Shown here one piece after another: positions 4,642 to 5,582 of a DNA stretch of 5,582 nt. Each line of letters opens with the position of its first letter. The first letter of the stretch is position 1. Position numbers and translations under genes: made by a program. The stretch lies in contig NZ_PPTF01000065.1 of the NCBI RefSeq assembly GCF_002902845.1, positions 26,419 to 32,000 of the forward strand, given 5' to 3'. The DNA comes from Chromobacterium sinusclupearum. Lineage in GTDB: Bacteria; Pseudomonadota; Gammaproteobacteria; Burkholderiales; Chromobacteriaceae. The notes under the pieces were generated by a model. That model was not told where the DNA came from. It saw only the letters and a program-made list of their open reading frames with translations, and did not search any database.

Positions 4642-5582
4642 GCTCGCCGCACCATGGCAGCAGGCCGTGGAACAGGCCTTATCCGCCATTGCCCCGTCCT
4701 GGCCCTTGGACAGCCTGGTGGCCAGCTCGCCTTACTGGGGCTTGCGGGATCGCTCCTTCAAGCAGGCGGCCGATACCCTGCTTCACGTGGCCAACAGCCC
4801 GCTGCACCTGCCGCAAAGCGAATACCTGGCCGCCTGGCGCAGCGGCGAAATCACGCGCGATGCCTTGCAGGCCGCGCTGAACGAGACCGGCTGGACCGAT
4901 TCGCTGGAAGCCTGGCTGGAACGGGCGCGCCAGTCTTTCGCGCCCCCTGCCGCGCCTGTCCTTCTTACCGAACTCTGCGCCGTCCCTGCCGGCCCGATGA
5001 GCGCCCAGCGCTGGACCGATGTCGTCATTCAGCAGATCAGCCAGTATTGCGCCGCCTGGTTCGATCGCGACCAGGCCAACTGGCACTTGTCGCATGAGCA
5101 AGGGTTTTACGCCGCCTGGCGGGAGCAGATGCGCCATCCCTACGGTTTGACCGCATCGCCGCAGATGCGTGAGCGTTTGCGACAGCTCGCGATGCGTCTG
5201 CCTGCCGATGCCGAGTCCATGCTGGCGTCCGGCATCGCCCAGTTGCAGCCGGACGCCGACTGGGCTGCGCCATGGCTGCAAGCGCTGTTGATGCGCAACA
5301 ATGGCTGGGCCGGCTGGTGCGCCTACCTCGCCTGGCAAGCCCATCTGACGGGCGAAAGCGATAGGCACTTGCAAGAACTATTGGCCATCCAGCTGGCCTG
5401 GGAGTGCCTGCTGGATGATGGCCGGCGCGACGCGGACAGCGCTTGGGCGTCTTGGCGCCATGCGTGGCAACATCATGGCGACTGCCGTGCCAACCCGTTT
5501 GCCGCAGTCTGGCAGCGCGCGCATGAGCTGTCCCTGCACTTGCCGCTGACGCAGGCGCTGTGCCGCCCCTCGCCGGCGCAAA
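4634..5582 (+). CDS. dabA: DabA (DUF2309/UPF0753 family, MpsB-like): N-terminal 316 codons, 3' end beyond the window
   Basis: Hand translation of the frame starting at ATG 4634 shows no stop up to nt 5582. That is why the frame is missing from the ORF track. An in-frame TGA lies at 4619-4621 just upstream, so 4634 is the first possible ATG. AAAGGAGG at 4621-4628 lies 5 nt upstream. The N-terminus MTKLAAPWQQAVEQALSAIAPSWPLDSLVASSPYWGLRDRSFKQAA fits the UPF0753 opening pattern (I-A-P-x-W/G-P-[LI]-x-x-[FV]-[IV]-A-x-N/S-P-x-x-G-L...F) as I recall it from YbcC/MpsB. NNGWAGW also resembles a family motif. Position directly after the NuoL-like gene supports the call. Confidence 0.85.
   Translation, partial: MTKLAAPWQQAVEQALSAIAPSWPLDSLVASSPYWGLRDRSFKQAADTLLHVANSPLHLPQSEYLAAWRSGEITRDALQAALNETGWTDSLEAWLERARQSFAPPAAPVLLTELCAVPAGPMSAQRWTDVVIQQISQYCAAWFDRDQANWHLSHEQGFYAAWREQMRHPYGLTASPQMRERLRQLAMRLPADAESMLASGIAQLQPDADWAAPWLQALLMRNNGWAGWCAYLAWQAHLTGESDRHLQELLAIQLAWECLLDDGRRDADSAWASWRHAWQHHGDCRANPFAAVWQRAHELSLHLPLTQALCRPSPAQ

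Noticed and set aside
4654-5374. ORFs 4654..5097 +, 4689..4880 +, 4679..5374 -, 4783..5028 -, 5037..5273 - (and 5378..5581 -) overlapping the dabA region
   Set aside because: They compete with the open-ended frame that starts at ATG 4634, which has a strong SD, stop/start overlap with dabB and a UPF0753-like N-terminus. The 231-aa antisense ORF is again in the exact complement register. All of these products are low-complexity and Arg/Ala/Gly-rich.
1-5582. Search for tRNA/rRNA, CRISPR repeats, IS/transposase or integrase remnants, and long direct repeats
   Set aside because: No spaced direct repeats, no cloverleaf-like segments in the short intergenic regions and no transposase-like ORFs were seen. 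The three intergenic gaps of 56-96 nt are accounted for above, and the fourth is the 10-nt junction at 278-287.

Overview
High-GC (roughly two-thirds G+C by eye) proteobacterial-type chromosomal window with six genes and no RNA genes, CRISPR arrays or transposase/IS remnants. Left to right: (i) the 3' end of an unidentified gene (<1..277, +), tightly coupled to (ii) a siderophore-interacting-protein/ViuB-type flavin reductase (288..1082, +). (iii) A convergent, noticeably lower-GC gene for a secreted alpha/beta hydrolase of the COG4188/dienelactone-hydrolase-like kind (1139..2110, -). (iv) An NhaR-like LysR-family regulator (2170..3045, -). (v) A very AT-rich 96-nt divergent control region. 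(vi) A two-gene operon of a NuoL/MnhA-like proton-conducting membrane subunit (3142..4641, +) overlapping by 8 nt with a DUF2309/UPF0753 protein that runs off the window (4634..>5582, +). That pair is the signature of the DabB/DabA (DAB, also called MpsAB) energy-coupled inorganic-carbon pump. This system has already been described, but few members are characterised, and here it sits in a non-autotrophic context next to a divergent LysR regulator. The dabA frame is absent from the supplied ORF track only because it has no stop inside the window; I translated it by hand. The least expected structure not explained by gene calls is an 11-bp perfect inverted repeat (2100-2110 / 2150-2160). On the minus-strand mRNA it would pair the hydrolase start codon with a sequence just downstream of the LysR stop codon. 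I see nothing that I can defend as a wholly undescribed system. All family assignments come from motif recognition by eye and need HMM/BLAST confirmation.
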